Shown here: positions 1 through 9,062 of the stretch, piece by piece
Layout: each line of letters begins with the position of its first letter
Numbering within the stretch: position 1 is the first letter of the stretch
IMG/VR virus record: IMGVR_UViG_3300000318_000003
Reading direction: 5' to 3' (one strand)
DNA length: 64,000 nucleotides
From: a virus
The notes under the pieces: generated by a model
What the model was told of the DNA's origin: nothing
Database searches by the model: none
The model's input: the letters and a program-made list of their open reading frames with translations, nothing else
Position numbers and translations under genes: made by a program

Positions 1-326
1 ACTTTATGTCCTGGTTTGCAACGTGTAATTACACATCTTCCTATTCTGTCTCCCATGACTTGTCCCATGAGAGTGTGTATTACTGGTGATACTGGCAGCA
101 CAGAAGCAGCAGGGTACCAGTAGCTTTCGTAGTCATCTAGCATCTGCAGGTTATTATAACTTATTTCGTTAAATCTGACAATAATGTCATCTATGTCAGT
201 GTGTGGACTGTTAGGATGTGTAGTTCTTATATCTACATAGTTCCACAACTCTTCGTGTTCAGCAAGTGCTAGTAGAAATGGAGTAGTGTCTATACCTTGT
301 GCTATTAATTGAAAATTCTTATACAT
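1..326 (-). CDS. 5' part of hydroxylase-GNAT fusion gene (truncated by window start)
   Basis: Identical to 35462-35787. Confidence 0.85.
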   Translation of the reverse strand, partial: MYKNFQLIAQGIDTTPFLLALAEHEELWNYVDIRTTHPNSPHTDIDDIIVRFNEISYNNLQMLDDYESYWYPAASVLPVSPVIHTLMGQVMGDRIGRCVITRCKPGHK

Positions 327-340
327 TGTTTGTTGTCCTG

Positions 341-536
341 TTTTAAGCACGTAAGCACGGTTTGTGTGCTTTTCGCACTGTATTTACACAGTGGTCTAAA
401 CTTTACACTTTGTTTTTTAGCAATCTTAAAAAAGCGTGCTTAACGTGCTTACGTGCTTAAAATGCTGTATCTCATTGATTTATATAGGTTTTTTGTAAGC
501 ACGCTTTATTTTTGTACGTGCTTATTTTAAGCACGT
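341..536. repeat. Iteron-like element: 8 copies of AAGCACG/CGTGCTT arranged as inverted repeats
   Basis: Heptamers at 345, 353, 435, 444, 452, 497, 517, 529; perfect 19-bp inverted repeat 341-359/444-462; 12-bp IR 431-442/496-507; 9-bp hairpin 516-536. Confidence 0.9.
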
Positions 537-537
537 T

Positions 538-2007
538 TTACGCTTGTCCTACCTCTACATCAACGAATGCAGACAACATTTGTACTTTTACTGGTTCAGT
601 TACTGTAACTCTAAGCACTAAGTCACGTCCATAACCACAGCGAGGCCAACGTGCTCTAGTCCTGTAAGTACCTATTTTACCAATACGTGCATACATAGGG
701 TTCATCCATGTTTGTCCCCCATCTTTACTAATTTCTAATGTAACTCTAGGATCAACACTAGCTGGAGTATTGACATTGTTTTGCACAAGTCCTACACCGA
801 ATGTAAAGTCTACTTCCATAAGTCTTAAGAACATGTTGTTAAGATTTTCACTTACGTGTGGAGACTGTCTTATACGTCTAATCATATTACCGTTGTCAGT
901 ATAAGTTTCTAAGTCTAGCATATAGATATTGCCATTGCGATAATCACCAACAATGTGAACGTTGTTCAACACACAATGTCCTTCTGCTAAATTACGTCCT
1001 GTAATACCATTAACAGTGCTTTGTCTTTCGTGCCATTGTCCTACAGAAACATCGTAGACCCAAGTGGTATCGTTACCGGGGATGTTTAAGCAATAGAAGT
1101 AGTGCCCTTCTTGCTGATACGAATAAGCAGTTGCTTGACTTAAATCCCCTATGTTTTGCAAGTAATATTCTACAGCATTCGTAGAAACTCTAGCGGGTGC
1201 TGCATTACTTAATGTGTAGACTACCCCACCGCCCTGAGCATTAGAGCCTAGCCAAAAAATAGTCTCGCCTAAAATCTTAACACTTTGCGGAGCAACACAG
1301 CCAATTTGGCTGTTACGTCCATCTTGACGCTGAAACGGCGTGCTACCAGAGGCACCAGAGTCCCACCATATTTCAGTAGTTCTAGCTCCAAGGACATAAA
1401 GCTGTCTAGAAACACTAATAACAGCCATAAGAATATCACTGTTACCAGTTTTAGCTGCAAGATTAAGTGCAGGGAAAGTTACATCATACAAGTCACTAAT
1501 AAACAACTGAGTTGTTCCAACTCTATTAAAAATCAAGTATCCGTCCTGGAATGTAACAGTTGCAGCAGGATAGAAGTTATTAGAGATAATTTGTTGTATC
1601 TTAGTTTCACCTATAGTCTGGTAATAGCCATACTGACCATCAACAATCACTACTTGATTTCCGTTGTCAGCAATGCTAACTGGGCCTTCATGTGTAAGTA
1701 AATTACCTTCTAGTAATATAGGCTGCGCATTAGCACCACTAATTTGATACACCGAATTACCGCTAACAACAATTGCAACGTCCAAGTTACTAATAGTATA
1801 CAACCCGCGTATAGGCCCTGTTCCTAAGGTTTGTAGAAACTTTAGCCCTGGAGTTCCGATTAGTGTTGCAGGTTCTTGGCCTTTGCCTCCACCTGTTTCA
1901 TCTAACTCGATGTAATAGTTAATAAGGCGCTGGCAATCAAATCTATGCACTCTTGAAACGTACGATGGTCCGACAAAACCGGGTATTCTTTTCTTATTTT
2001 CTGCCAT
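538..2007 (-). CDS. Tail hub / packaged-DNA stabilization protein, P22 gp10-like
   Basis: 489 aa; beta-rich; motifs SYQQEGHYFYCL, TWVYD, SKDGGQTW, IGKIGTYRTRARW; position after adaptor gene. Confidence 0.85.
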   Translation of the reverse strand: MAENKKRIPGFVGPSYVSRVHRFDCQRLINYYIELDETGGGKGQEPATLIGTPGLKFLQTLGTGPIRGLYTISNLDVAIVVSGNSVYQISGANAQPILLEGNLLTHEGPVSIADNGNQVVIVDGQYGYYQTIGETKIQQIISNNFYPAATVTFQDGYLIFNRVGTTQLFISDLYDVTFPALNLAAKTGNSDILMAVISVSRQLYVLGARTTEIWWDSGASGSTPFQRQDGRNSQIGCVAPQSVKILGETIFWLGSNAQGGGVVYTLSNAAPARVSTNAVEYYLQNIGDLSQATAYSYQQEGHYFYCLNIPGNDTTWVYDVSVGQWHERQSTVNGITGRNLAEGHCVLNNVHIVGDYRNGNIYMLDLETYTDNGNMIRRIRQSPHVSENLNNMFLRLMEVDFTFGVGLVQNNVNTPASVDPRVTLEISKDGGQTWMNPMYARIGKIGTYRTRARWPRCGYGRDLVLRVTVTEPVKVQMLSAFVDVEVGQA

Positions 2008-2015
2008 AATTTTCC

Positions 2016-2528
2016 TTAAAGAGGTGTAGGACTAATAAATCCTATCCAGTCGTGATACTTACTAAGTGCAGGAATAACACAAGGAGTTCTATACTGTGCT
2101 CTAATATATCCCATAACCATGCCGTTGTAATCCTCGATCTGCACGTAATCAATTGCTCTACCACCTAAGGGTATAGTAGCATAGATGTAACCTACAAGAT
2201 TAGACTCAGGATCATACCACACCTGATCGTAACTAGGAGGACTAGGTGGGGGTGGTACCGGAACCCATCCTGGAACAGTCGAAGTATCATTGCTGGGAGG
2301 TTGTGGATTATCACTATTAGGGAACACGAATCCCATCGGCAACCCATCAACTGTGTCTAACTCGAAAGTCATGTTGTCGCCAGGAGTGTTGCGCAACCAC
2401 CCAGCATCTGAGCCATCATTAAATGTAAACTGGGTATAAGAACCCGAAGTTGCATTTATAGCAGAAGCATACCCAATAAGTTGCCCGTTGATGTCGGTAT
2501 ATTGTTGGCCAGTGTAAGGTAATGACAT
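2016..2528 (-). CDS. Hypothetical virion-module protein with four DxNG-x-x-G-Y/F repeats and a Pro-rich linker
   Basis: 170-aa ORF packed tightly between adaptor and hub genes. Confidence 0.7.
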   Translation of the reverse strand: MSLPYTGQQYTDINGQLIGYASAINATSGSYTQFTFNDGSDAGWLRNTPGDNMTFELDTVDGLPMGFVFPNSDNPQPPSNDTSTVPGWVPVPPPPSPPSYDQVWYDPESNLVGYIYATIPLGGRAIDYVQIEDYNGMVMGYIRAQYRTPCVIPALSKYHDWIGFISPTPL

Positions 2529-2529
2529 A

Positions 2530-3270
2530 TTAGTTGTTTCCGAAGGACCAGAAGTTACCTGTTATCCAGTTAAAGTATCGATTACGTCCACTTCTCGACA
2601 TTCCGCCATCACCACGCATGTAACGAGGAACAGAGTTAAGTCTTTCTAACTCAAGTTTAGCATTTATTGCAGTTTGTACTACTTCTGGGGCAACAGTCTT
2701 GCCGTATTCTGCAGCTAATTCTACTGCTAAGTTAAATCTAAAAGCACGTTCATAACCAGGAGGGTATGTAACTGGAGCATCGATGTCAGTCAAATCAAGC
2801 AAAGGTTCACGTAACCAAAGCACAATATCAGCAGGGCCGTTAGGAACAGGGAATAAAGTTACATTTCTAAGCGGATAATCACCGTCATCATAGTAAGCAA
2901 ATGGGAATGTACTAGGTGTGTTCTTAACTGCAACTCCAGCATACTGTTCAACGGTAAGTGGTTGCATTGCAATATCAAGTTGTTGTGGAGAATTAGGCTG
3001 CAATCTTGCATAAGCAGTTTCGATCGCCATCGGACGCTGAACATCCCAGTCACCACCGATACCAAGTGTATAAGTCTTTTGTCCAGTAAGTGGGAACACG
3101 TATTCTTTAATATTGTAAATCATCAGCCTATTATTAGACCAAGACTCAATTAAAGCATCCAGTGCATAAACAGCAGTGTTCATTTCTTCTGCACTAAGCG
3201 ACTCGTTTTGCTGAATGATATTAATAAGTCGAGCCGAACTATTAATCATATCTCGTAATGTTTTAGCCAT
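2530..3270 (-). CDS. Head-tail adaptor, P22 gp4-like
   Basis: Start MAKTLRD with AAGGA RBS; motifs LDALIESW, YPPGYERAFRFNLAVELAAEYG; follows the coat gene. Confidence 0.8.
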   Translation of the reverse strand: MAKTLRDMINSSARLINIIQQNESLSAEEMNTAVYALDALIESWSNNRLMIYNIKEYVFPLTGQKTYTLGIGGDWDVQRPMAIETAYARLQPNSPQQLDIAMQPLTVEQYAGVAVKNTPSTFPFAYYDDGDYPLRNVTLFPVPNGPADIVLWLREPLLDLTDIDAPVTYPPGYERAFRFNLAVELAAEYGKTVAPEVVQTAINAKLELERLNSVPRYMRGDGGMSRSGRNRYFNWITGNFWSFGNN

Positions 3271-3287
3271 ACGTGTTCCTTTTGATA

Positions 3288-3294
3288 TATTTAT
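3288..3294 (-). promoter_or_regulatory. ATAAATA motif 17 nt upstream of adaptor start, immediately after a terminator
   Basis: gcATAAATAtatcaaaaggaacacgtATG on minus strand. Confidence 0.55.
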
Positions 3295-3304
3295 GCGCAA
3301 TAAG

Positions 3305-3326
3305 AAAAGGGGCCGAAGCCCCTTTT
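3305..3326 (-). terminator. Intrinsic terminator with cUUCGg tetraloop
   Basis: AAAAGGGGC-TTCG-GCCCCTTTTCTT on minus strand after the head decoration gene. Confidence 0.85.
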
Positions 3327-3341
3327 AAGTAGTTTATCAGT

Positions 3342-3539
3342 TTAAGCTAAAAGGCCTAAAGCTTGAAGTGCTGCTACCACACCAGCCACAGTAGTAATAC
3401 CGGAACCAGCTTGCTGTGCTACACCTGTTGCACCGTAGAAACCAAGAGTTTCTGAAGCCTTTTGACCAACCACGACACCCATTTGCGATCCACCAGTTGC
3501 GGTAGGATTGCTTGTGCCTTCAATATTTGGAGCTGCCAT
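3342..3539 (-). CDS. Small head decoration / head fibre-like protein
   Basis: 65 aa directly after coat; LGFYGATGVAQ...VVAALQALGLL pattern; AAAGGA RBS. Confidence 0.6.
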   Translation of the reverse strand: MAAPNIEGTSNPTATGGSQMGVVVGQKASETLGFYGATGVAQQAGSGITTVAGVVAALQALGLLA

Positions 3540-3568
3540 AATATATTTTCCTTTAAAAGTGTTAAAAT

Positions 3569-3589
3569 GGGAGGACTATTAATCCTCCC
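3569..3589 (-). terminator. Hairpin / probable terminator after coat gene
   Basis: GGGAGGA-7nt-TCCTCCC followed by ATTTT on minus strand. Confidence 0.55.
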
Positions 3590-3596
3590 TACTTAC

Positions 3597-4841
3597 TTAG
3601 TTAGTTGCGATACGAACACCAAGTTGATCGTACAATGTAGCCCAGGCAAACATCACGTCGAAACGCAAGATTTCTTGGTTTGTACGAATATCAGGCATTT
3701 GTTGAACACGAATTGGAATACGTGTTTGATCATCAGTTGTAGTCTTGCCAAGACCAACGCTGTAGGGCATAAGTTCCTTAGCAGCAAGCACAATAGCATC
3801 GCGATCGAAAGCCAAAGCGTTCTGAGTTGTAACACCAGAAGCACCAGCGATAGTGATTGCGTCACCAGAAGCAGGAGCACGGGAAACGTTCTGGAAACCA
3901 CCAGTTGTAACAATAGCTGGGGAAACAGTCATTGTAATTGCACCAGAAGTATCAGAAACAGTGTTAACAACAGTGAATTGCTGCAATGTAGCAATTGTCT
4001 GCTTTGTTTGTGCGTTAACCATGTAAACACCAGCGATAGTGAACACGTCACCAGCGTTAAGTGTCGTAGCACCCGATGTCCAACCAGATGTGCTCAATGT
4101 AGAGCTTGTAGACCATGTGCTGTTAGCAGGGACAGTCGAAGCAACTACTGGAGTACCACCGTACACACCGTTAGTGTGGGACTGAACAAGCTGGTTCATG
4201 AAAACACGGAACGAGCTGAAGTCACCTTGGTAACCAGAAGTATACATCTTACTGATTTCAGCACCTGGGTGGAAATATGTAAGATTCGATGTTGCAAGAA
4301 CAGAGTTGAAATCCGGATCGTTAAGCAATGTCTTACGACCTGCTTCGTTAGGTGCAAGGTTCTTGTTAAGCAATGCAAGAGCCTTTGTGATTGCAGGAAG
4401 AGCGGTACCAGAAGCGCCACCAGTAAGTGCAACACCAGGAGTACCAACCAAGCCATAAAACTTGTTGATAAGTGCTTGACCTTGTGCTTCAACTTCAGAA
4501 GCGATACGCTGAACCGATGGCTCAACAACCTTAACGAAGTAGTCTTCTACAGAGAATGTCAATTCTTGCGAAGTAAGCGCATAGTCAGTACCAACTGGGT
4601 TAGTAAAGCTAAGTGGGCTGTAAGTTTCAGTAACTGCCTGAATATCAACCACAGAACCTGTACGCACTGTTGGGCGAATAGGACGACGAATGTTGATAGT
4701 CTGACCGATCTGAGCGGACTTAACGCCAAAATCAGAGTCGAAATCGCGGTTAACACGCTTTGCTAAGTCAAGAGTGTTACCAAGAACGATAGCAGCATCA
4801 CGAGAAATCATGCTGATCGTTAAGAGGGTATTAGCTGTCAT
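3597..4841 (-). CDS. Major capsid protein, P22 gp5 coat-like
   Basis: 414 aa after scaffold; MTANTLLTISMI start, IGQTINIRRP motif, C-terminal RFDVMFAWATL. Confidence 0.88.
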   Translation of the reverse strand: MTANTLLTISMISRDAAIVLGNTLDLAKRVNRDFDSDFGVKSAQIGQTINIRRPIRPTVRTGSVVDIQAVTETYSPLSFTNPVGTDYALTSQELTFSVEDYFVKVVEPSVQRIASEVEAQGQALINKFYGLVGTPGVALTGGASGTALPAITKALALLNKNLAPNEAGRKTLLNDPDFNSVLATSNLTYFHPGAEISKMYTSGYQGDFSSFRVFMNQLVQSHTNGVYGGTPVVASTVPANSTWSTSSTLSTSGWTSGATTLNAGDVFTIAGVYMVNAQTKQTIATLQQFTVVNTVSDTSGAITMTVSPAIVTTGGFQNVSRAPASGDAITIAGASGVTTQNALAFDRDAIVLAAKELMPYSVGLGKTTTDDQTRIPIRVQQMPDIRTNQEILRFDVMFAWATLYDQLGVRIATN

Positions 4842-4859
4842 AATAAAATTCCAAATAAA

Positions 4860-5756
4860 TTAAAAACGTTTCTTTTTAGCCATTCTAAGTTCGCGATACT
4901 CGGCTTGCGACAAGTTGGGATCCGTTAAGGACTTTACAACCGGTGCAGCACCTTTTTCAGAAGTAACTGGAGCAGGAGCTCTACTTACTTTAACGACCTT
5001 AGCAGGCTTGGTTTCCTTTGCACCCGCATTAGATAACCTATCCTCCAGTTTACCCAGCTCAATGAGTCTGCGATGGCCCGGTAATGCCGCGATACGATCC
5101 ATTTCATCAGTATTCGTAGCCAAATGATAAGCAATTTTAGGGCCTATATCGGACTCGAATGCAACTTGTAAAAACTCTGGTAACTTGCTTAAATCATAGT
5201 CCTCTTGAAGTTCTTGTATAACTTCGTAATAATCGGACTGTGCCTTAGCAAATTCCTCTTCGCGTTGCTTGTAATTTTGCTGAACACTCTTTTGTGTGTT
5301 CTTTTGCTCTATTTCTTGCAACTTGCTATTAAGTTTCCACTCAGTAACTGCATCTGTGTACGCTTCGATATCATTGTAATCTTCGAACTTAGGGCGAGTT
5401 TCTGTATTTGCGGCAGGTTTAGACTGTTCACCGTTAACTTTCTTAACCAGTTCCTCAATTACACGATCTCTTTCCGCAATCTTTCGATTCATACGCTCGA
5501 TGCGTTTTTCGAAACCACGCTTGGATTTCTTCTCTGTGTTCGTATCGTTTTCGCTATCAGTGCTATCATCGGCACTGTCATCACTAATGTCGTCCTCATT
5601 AGTAGCTTCGGAAGTAGCTGCATCCTCTGCACTTTCCACAGTTTCTGATTCTGTGTCCACAACTTCGGTGGTTTCAGCTGCAAAATGTCTCGGTGTTACA
5701 TCTGCAACTTCAGTGTTGTTTACCGGTTCGGTAGAACTTACTTGGTTTTCGATCAT
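4860..5756 (-). CDS. Scaffolding protein
   Basis: Acidic N-terminus, coiled coil (KRIERMNRKIAE), SDIGPKIAYHLATN motif; between portal and coat. Confidence 0.82.
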   Translation of the reverse strand: MIENQVSSTEPVNNTEVADVTPRHFAAETTEVVDTESETVESAEDAATSEATNEDDISDDSADDSTDSENDTNTEKKSKRGFEKRIERMNRKIAERDRVIEELVKKVNGEQSKPAANTETRPKFEDYNDIEAYTDAVTEWKLNSKLQEIEQKNTQKSVQQNYKQREEEFAKAQSDYYEVIQELQEDYDLSKLPEFLQVAFESDIGPKIAYHLATNTDEMDRIAALPGHRRLIELGKLEDRLSNAGAKETKPAKVVKVSRAPAPVTSEKGAAPVVKSLTDPNLSQAEYRELRMAKKKRF

Positions 5757-5817
5757 TTAAGCCAATCCTTTGATTGTAATTTTTACCGGATTAAGACAGT
5801 AATCCGTAACTGTTTCT

Positions 5818-5825
5818 TATTTATA
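5818..5825 (-). promoter_or_regulatory. TATAAATA motif upstream of scaffold/coat genes
   Basis: Exact T4 late consensus in the portal-scaffold gap; 5783-5809 hairpin lies in the leader. Confidence 0.55.
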
Positions 5826-5835
5826 TTCTGATAAG

Positions 5836-8019
5836 TTATTCTAATGACTTATCAAGGCCTTCAGTGTCACCTAATTGCGATTTTTCTGCAATTTCTGGTG
5901 CATTCATGCGGTCAATGTGCTGAATTTCTATTTCGTGAGCACCATGCAACATGTCAGTAGCAACTTCTACACCTGCAAGAGCAAGTTTTTCCTTCTCAAT
6001 AGCAAGTTGTTCCTTTTGAATCTTAATTTCTTGTTCCTTAACCAAGAACTCCAGTTCTGTCTTTTGTTCTTCAAGGGAAAGAGTCTTAATCTTCACGTCG
6101 TGATCAAGTTGCACCTTAGTCATGTCAACCTTGGACTTCATCTTTTCTAATTGCAATTCGTCCTTAGCAATCTTAAGTTCCTGTTCTACTTGCATAGCAT
6201 GAGCATTAAGAGCTTCAAGGTGTTGTTGCATCATTTGCACTTGCGATTTTAACTGCGGAACCAGTGCAGCAGCATCTTTTGGATTTGCCTTACGTGCTTG
6301 TAACACTTGTGGAGGTACCATAGCTTCAAGACTATCAGCAATTTGTTTAGCACCAGGCCAGTCCATGTGTCGAACAGCAATATCGGCAACTGCTGGAGCA
6401 GCTTGTGGATACACGCTAATAAGATTTGTAACTGCTTCTACAGTTTCTTGTCTCTTTGTGCCGAATCCAGGGCCAGTTTGAATGCTAACAGAGTAATCAC
6501 CTTCGGTGAGATCGTACTCTACAATACCTGCTTCGTTAGGCTGATTAATTGCAATGCTACGCTTCTTGCCGTCTTGGGACATAATTTGCACATTTCGTGC
6601 AGAGTCATAGATAACAGGGATAGCTTCAACAATAATACAACCTACGTGCTGAATAGATCTGCTAAGGTTATCGTAAAAGTGATAGTTCGAGTTGTATGCT
6701 TGATGCTGACGTGCTAAAATAGCTTTGCCCGACTCTGGCGCAACTTGTGATTGCGAAGGGTCAAACGTGCCGAATATGCTCTTAAGGTCTTCTTGAGCTT
6801 CTTCTACCATTCTAGTGCTAGCTTGTATAGGAACTTCGCCTAAATCTCTGCTAGGTGGAGGAGCACCTTCGTCTTTGTTGTAAGTCATGAAAGCTTGGTT
6901 ACTAACGTTAATATTAGCCCATTCTTGTTCATAAGTCTTAAACTGTGCAGCAGTACCAATGTAGGGAGCCTTGGGTGCCATTTGCAGCAACTGTGCTCTC
7001 CAGGACATAGCATAATTCAATTGCACTTGTGCTTCAACTGCTGGTTCAACAGCACCTACAAGTTTACGCTTGCCTTCTAACCAGTATTCATCGCCCTTTA
7101 CAGGAACAATAGGAATGTAGCTACCAGGCCACTCTGTCTCTTCAAGAACTTCTACATCGTTAAGTTTGCACCAGCGAATAATAGGTTCGTTTACAAGTCT
7201 TTCTTGAATAATACTAAGCTCACCAGCCTTAACCATGTCCTTATCTACATCATCTGTAACAAAGATTTCGCCAGTAAGATTGTTCAAGACTTGATAAAGC
7301 TTCTTAGTAACGTAATCCTTGTAGTAATATTCGCAAATAAGAATAGTACCATCGTTAGTCCACTTTTGATCACTAGAAACCCAGCCGATTTCCTTAAGTT
7401 CTTCAAGGTCTTCTAAAGTTTCTGTTCCCGATAACTTACGTGCAAGTTTAGTATGTCCATATCTGCGCTTGTAATCTTCAATCGACAGTGTTGTAGAAAT
7501 GAATGCATATTCGCAGTCGCTGCCATCAAGGCTTTGCTGATTGGGATCCAGCATAACTGTGTTAACATCTTCTACTGCTTCGATAACAATCTCTTGATCC
7601 ATGGACTTGTTATCTTTGTATTCGGATCTTACGCGAATATAACCGATACCCACGGATGCAGCACTTTCGGCAGCAGTGCAATAAGCAATTTCAGCCTTAG
7701 ATTCTTCTTGAATGTTGCGAATAAGATCGTTAAGCACTTCTGCTTTCTCTTCGTCAGCATCTGTTCTTGGATCTATTTGAATTTCAGGAGTATTCTTACG
7801 GATTTCGTTAGTAATTTGTCTTAGGAAAGTAGGAATACGATTGCTGGTCATTGCAGCATAACCAGCGTTTTCGAAGTTTTGCCTAGCAGTGTAGGTCCAT
7901 TGATCTCCAGCAATGAACTGCAACAGCTCACTGTTCTTTTGTTTCATTTCAGACCAGTAAGTGTGGCAGTGGTCGTAACGCTTCTTTGCCTCTTTTAGAA
8001 TTTCGTTATTCTTTGACAT
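5836..8019 (-). CDS. Portal protein, P22 gp1-like
   Basis: 727 aa; GDQW, NRIPTFLRQITNE, YIPIVPVKG, SGKAILARQ motifs; long C-terminal coiled-coil barrel. Confidence 0.92.
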   Translation of the reverse strand: MSKNNEILKEAKKRYDHCHTYWSEMKQKNSELLQFIAGDQWTYTARQNFENAGYAAMTSNRIPTFLRQITNEIRKNTPEIQIDPRTDADEEKAEVLNDLIRNIQEESKAEIAYCTAAESAASVGIGYIRVRSEYKDNKSMDQEIVIEAVEDVNTVMLDPNQQSLDGSDCEYAFISTTLSIEDYKRRYGHTKLARKLSGTETLEDLEELKEIGWVSSDQKWTNDGTILICEYYYKDYVTKKLYQVLNNLTGEIFVTDDVDKDMVKAGELSIIQERLVNEPIIRWCKLNDVEVLEETEWPGSYIPIVPVKGDEYWLEGKRKLVGAVEPAVEAQVQLNYAMSWRAQLLQMAPKAPYIGTAAQFKTYEQEWANINVSNQAFMTYNKDEGAPPPSRDLGEVPIQASTRMVEEAQEDLKSIFGTFDPSQSQVAPESGKAILARQHQAYNSNYHFYDNLSRSIQHVGCIIVEAIPVIYDSARNVQIMSQDGKKRSIAINQPNEAGIVEYDLTEGDYSVSIQTGPGFGTKRQETVEAVTNLISVYPQAAPAVADIAVRHMDWPGAKQIADSLEAMVPPQVLQARKANPKDAAALVPQLKSQVQMMQQHLEALNAHAMQVEQELKIAKDELQLEKMKSKVDMTKVQLDHDVKIKTLSLEEQKTELEFLVKEQEIKIQKEQLAIEKEKLALAGVEVATDMLHGAHEIEIQHIDRMNAPEIAEKSQLGDTEGLDKSLE

Positions 8020-8028
8020 ATGTTCCTT

Positions 8029-8562
8029 TTAAGGTGTTCTATAAGCAATTACTTCTTCGGCACCAGCATTATGCAGTTCCTTGCCATCAATCTTTAATGT
8101 ATAGCAATCCGATTTATAAGCAATTAATATTTCATCACCTTTATTTACTCCGGATTTGGGACCACATGCAATGACTTTGCACCACACTGGCTCGAATTCC
8201 TTTGTTACAGTCTTTTTAGCAAGAATAATGCCGGATTCTGTTACTTCTTCTGGCTTTGTAATGTGTTCATACAAGATTGTACCAGCAGTGCAGTTCAATT
8301 CGTCGTTGTGTTTATAAGCGATAACCGAAGCATCGCTTGTATTATTCAGCTTCTTGCCGTCTATGTTTAAATCCATTGTCGTTACTCTCTTACTCAATAG
8401 CAATTCATCACCAGCAGTAAGCACACTATCGGGTCCTGCTGCCACACACTTAGCCCAACCGGTTTCTTTACTAAGATCCTGTGTTAGGTAAATGCTACCG
8501 TGTTTCTTTTCACCTTCGGGTGGCCATTCGAATATTACGTTTGTTGTCGTACACTTAATCAT
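8029..8562 (-). CDS. Tandem two-domain GroES-like co-chaperonin
   Basis: Start MIKCTT (177 aa); two halves each with mobile-loop segment (KHGSIYL / TESGIIL), V(A/I)A(A/C)GP, GDE(L/I)L, IDGK and VIAY. Confidence 0.72.
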   Translation of the reverse strand: MIKCTTTNVIFEWPPEGEKKHGSIYLTQDLSKETGWAKCVAAGPDSVLTAGDELLLSKRVTTMDLNIDGKKLNNTSDASVIAYKHNDELNCTAGTILYEHITKPEEVTESGIILAKKTVTKEFEPVWCKVIACGPKSGVNKGDEILIAYKSDCYTLKIDGKELHNAGAEEVIAYRTP

Positions 8563-8762
8563 TTTAACCCTTGTTTTTTTGTGCGTAATCTGCAATATGC
8601 TTGAAATATATCATTTAAAGAACATTGTAGTTTGCCTTTTTCTTCAAGCTCAAGTATTTGTTTAATTGGTAATTTTATTACAGTATCAGCATAAGCTTTA
8701 TCTAAGTTGTATAATCCTAAAGGATCCCTAACAAATTTGCACAATGAGTAGTATAGTTTCAT
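8559..8762 (-). CDS. Hypothetical protein (67 aa)
   Basis: ATGA-coupled to neighbours, AAGGA RBS. Confidence 0.6.
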   Translation of the reverse strand: MKLYYSLCKFVRDPLGLYNLDKAYADTVIKLPIKQILELEEKGKLQCSLNDIFQAYCRLRTKKQGLK

Positions 8763-8935
8763 TTTGCTTCCTTAAGTGCTTTGATTTCTGCTTTGAGTTT
8801 TGCTATCTCTTGAAATGCTTTAGCTGCTACATTTGCTAAAGACTTAGGGACATCATCTATATCTCTAATTCTAATGTTCAAACCTGTTTCTTCATCATGA
8901 TAGTAAGATTCGTATTTTATAGGTGTTTGGTTCAT
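8759..8935 (-). CDS. Hypothetical protein (58 aa, not in ORF track)
   Basis: Own translation MNQTPIKYESYY...KALKEAK; ATGA overlaps at both ends. Confidence 0.6.
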   Translation of the reverse strand: MNQTPIKYESYYHDEETGLNIRIRDIDDVPKSLANVAAKAFQEIAKLKAEIKALKEAK

Positions 8936-9033
8936 TTGTTTTCCTTTTTGTTGCCGAATATTTTGTCGTAGTTGTCGCGAAACTTTTGTTGATCTTCGGG
9001 GCGTCGCTTGTCCCCTTTGCCGCCGTCACTCAT
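8932..9033 (-). CDS. Small hypothetical phage protein (33 aa, not in ORF track)
   Basis: MSDGGKGDKRRPEDQQKFRDNYDKIFGNKKENK; AAAGGA RBS; preceded by ATAAATA. Confidence 0.65.
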   Translation of the reverse strand: MSDGGKGDKRRPEDQQKFRDNYDKIFGNKKENK

Positions 9034-9055
9034 TGTATAGTTCCTTTAAGTGATG

Positions 9056-9062
9056 TATTTAT
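9056..9062 (-). promoter_or_regulatory. ATAAATA motif 22 nt upstream of the 9033 start
   Basis: Overlaps terminase stop; gcgATAAATAcatcacttaaaggaactatacaATG. Confidence 0.45.

Noticed and set aside
341-536. CRISPR-like array
   Set aside because: Repeats are 7-19 bp, inverted and irregularly spaced; no constant repeat-spacer period and no cas genes.
3462-4766. 434-aa plus-strand ORF antisense to the coat gene
   Set aside because: In codon register with the coat gene; it stays open because the coat avoids TTA/CTA/TCA codons; Cys/Ser-rich shadow translation with no RBS.
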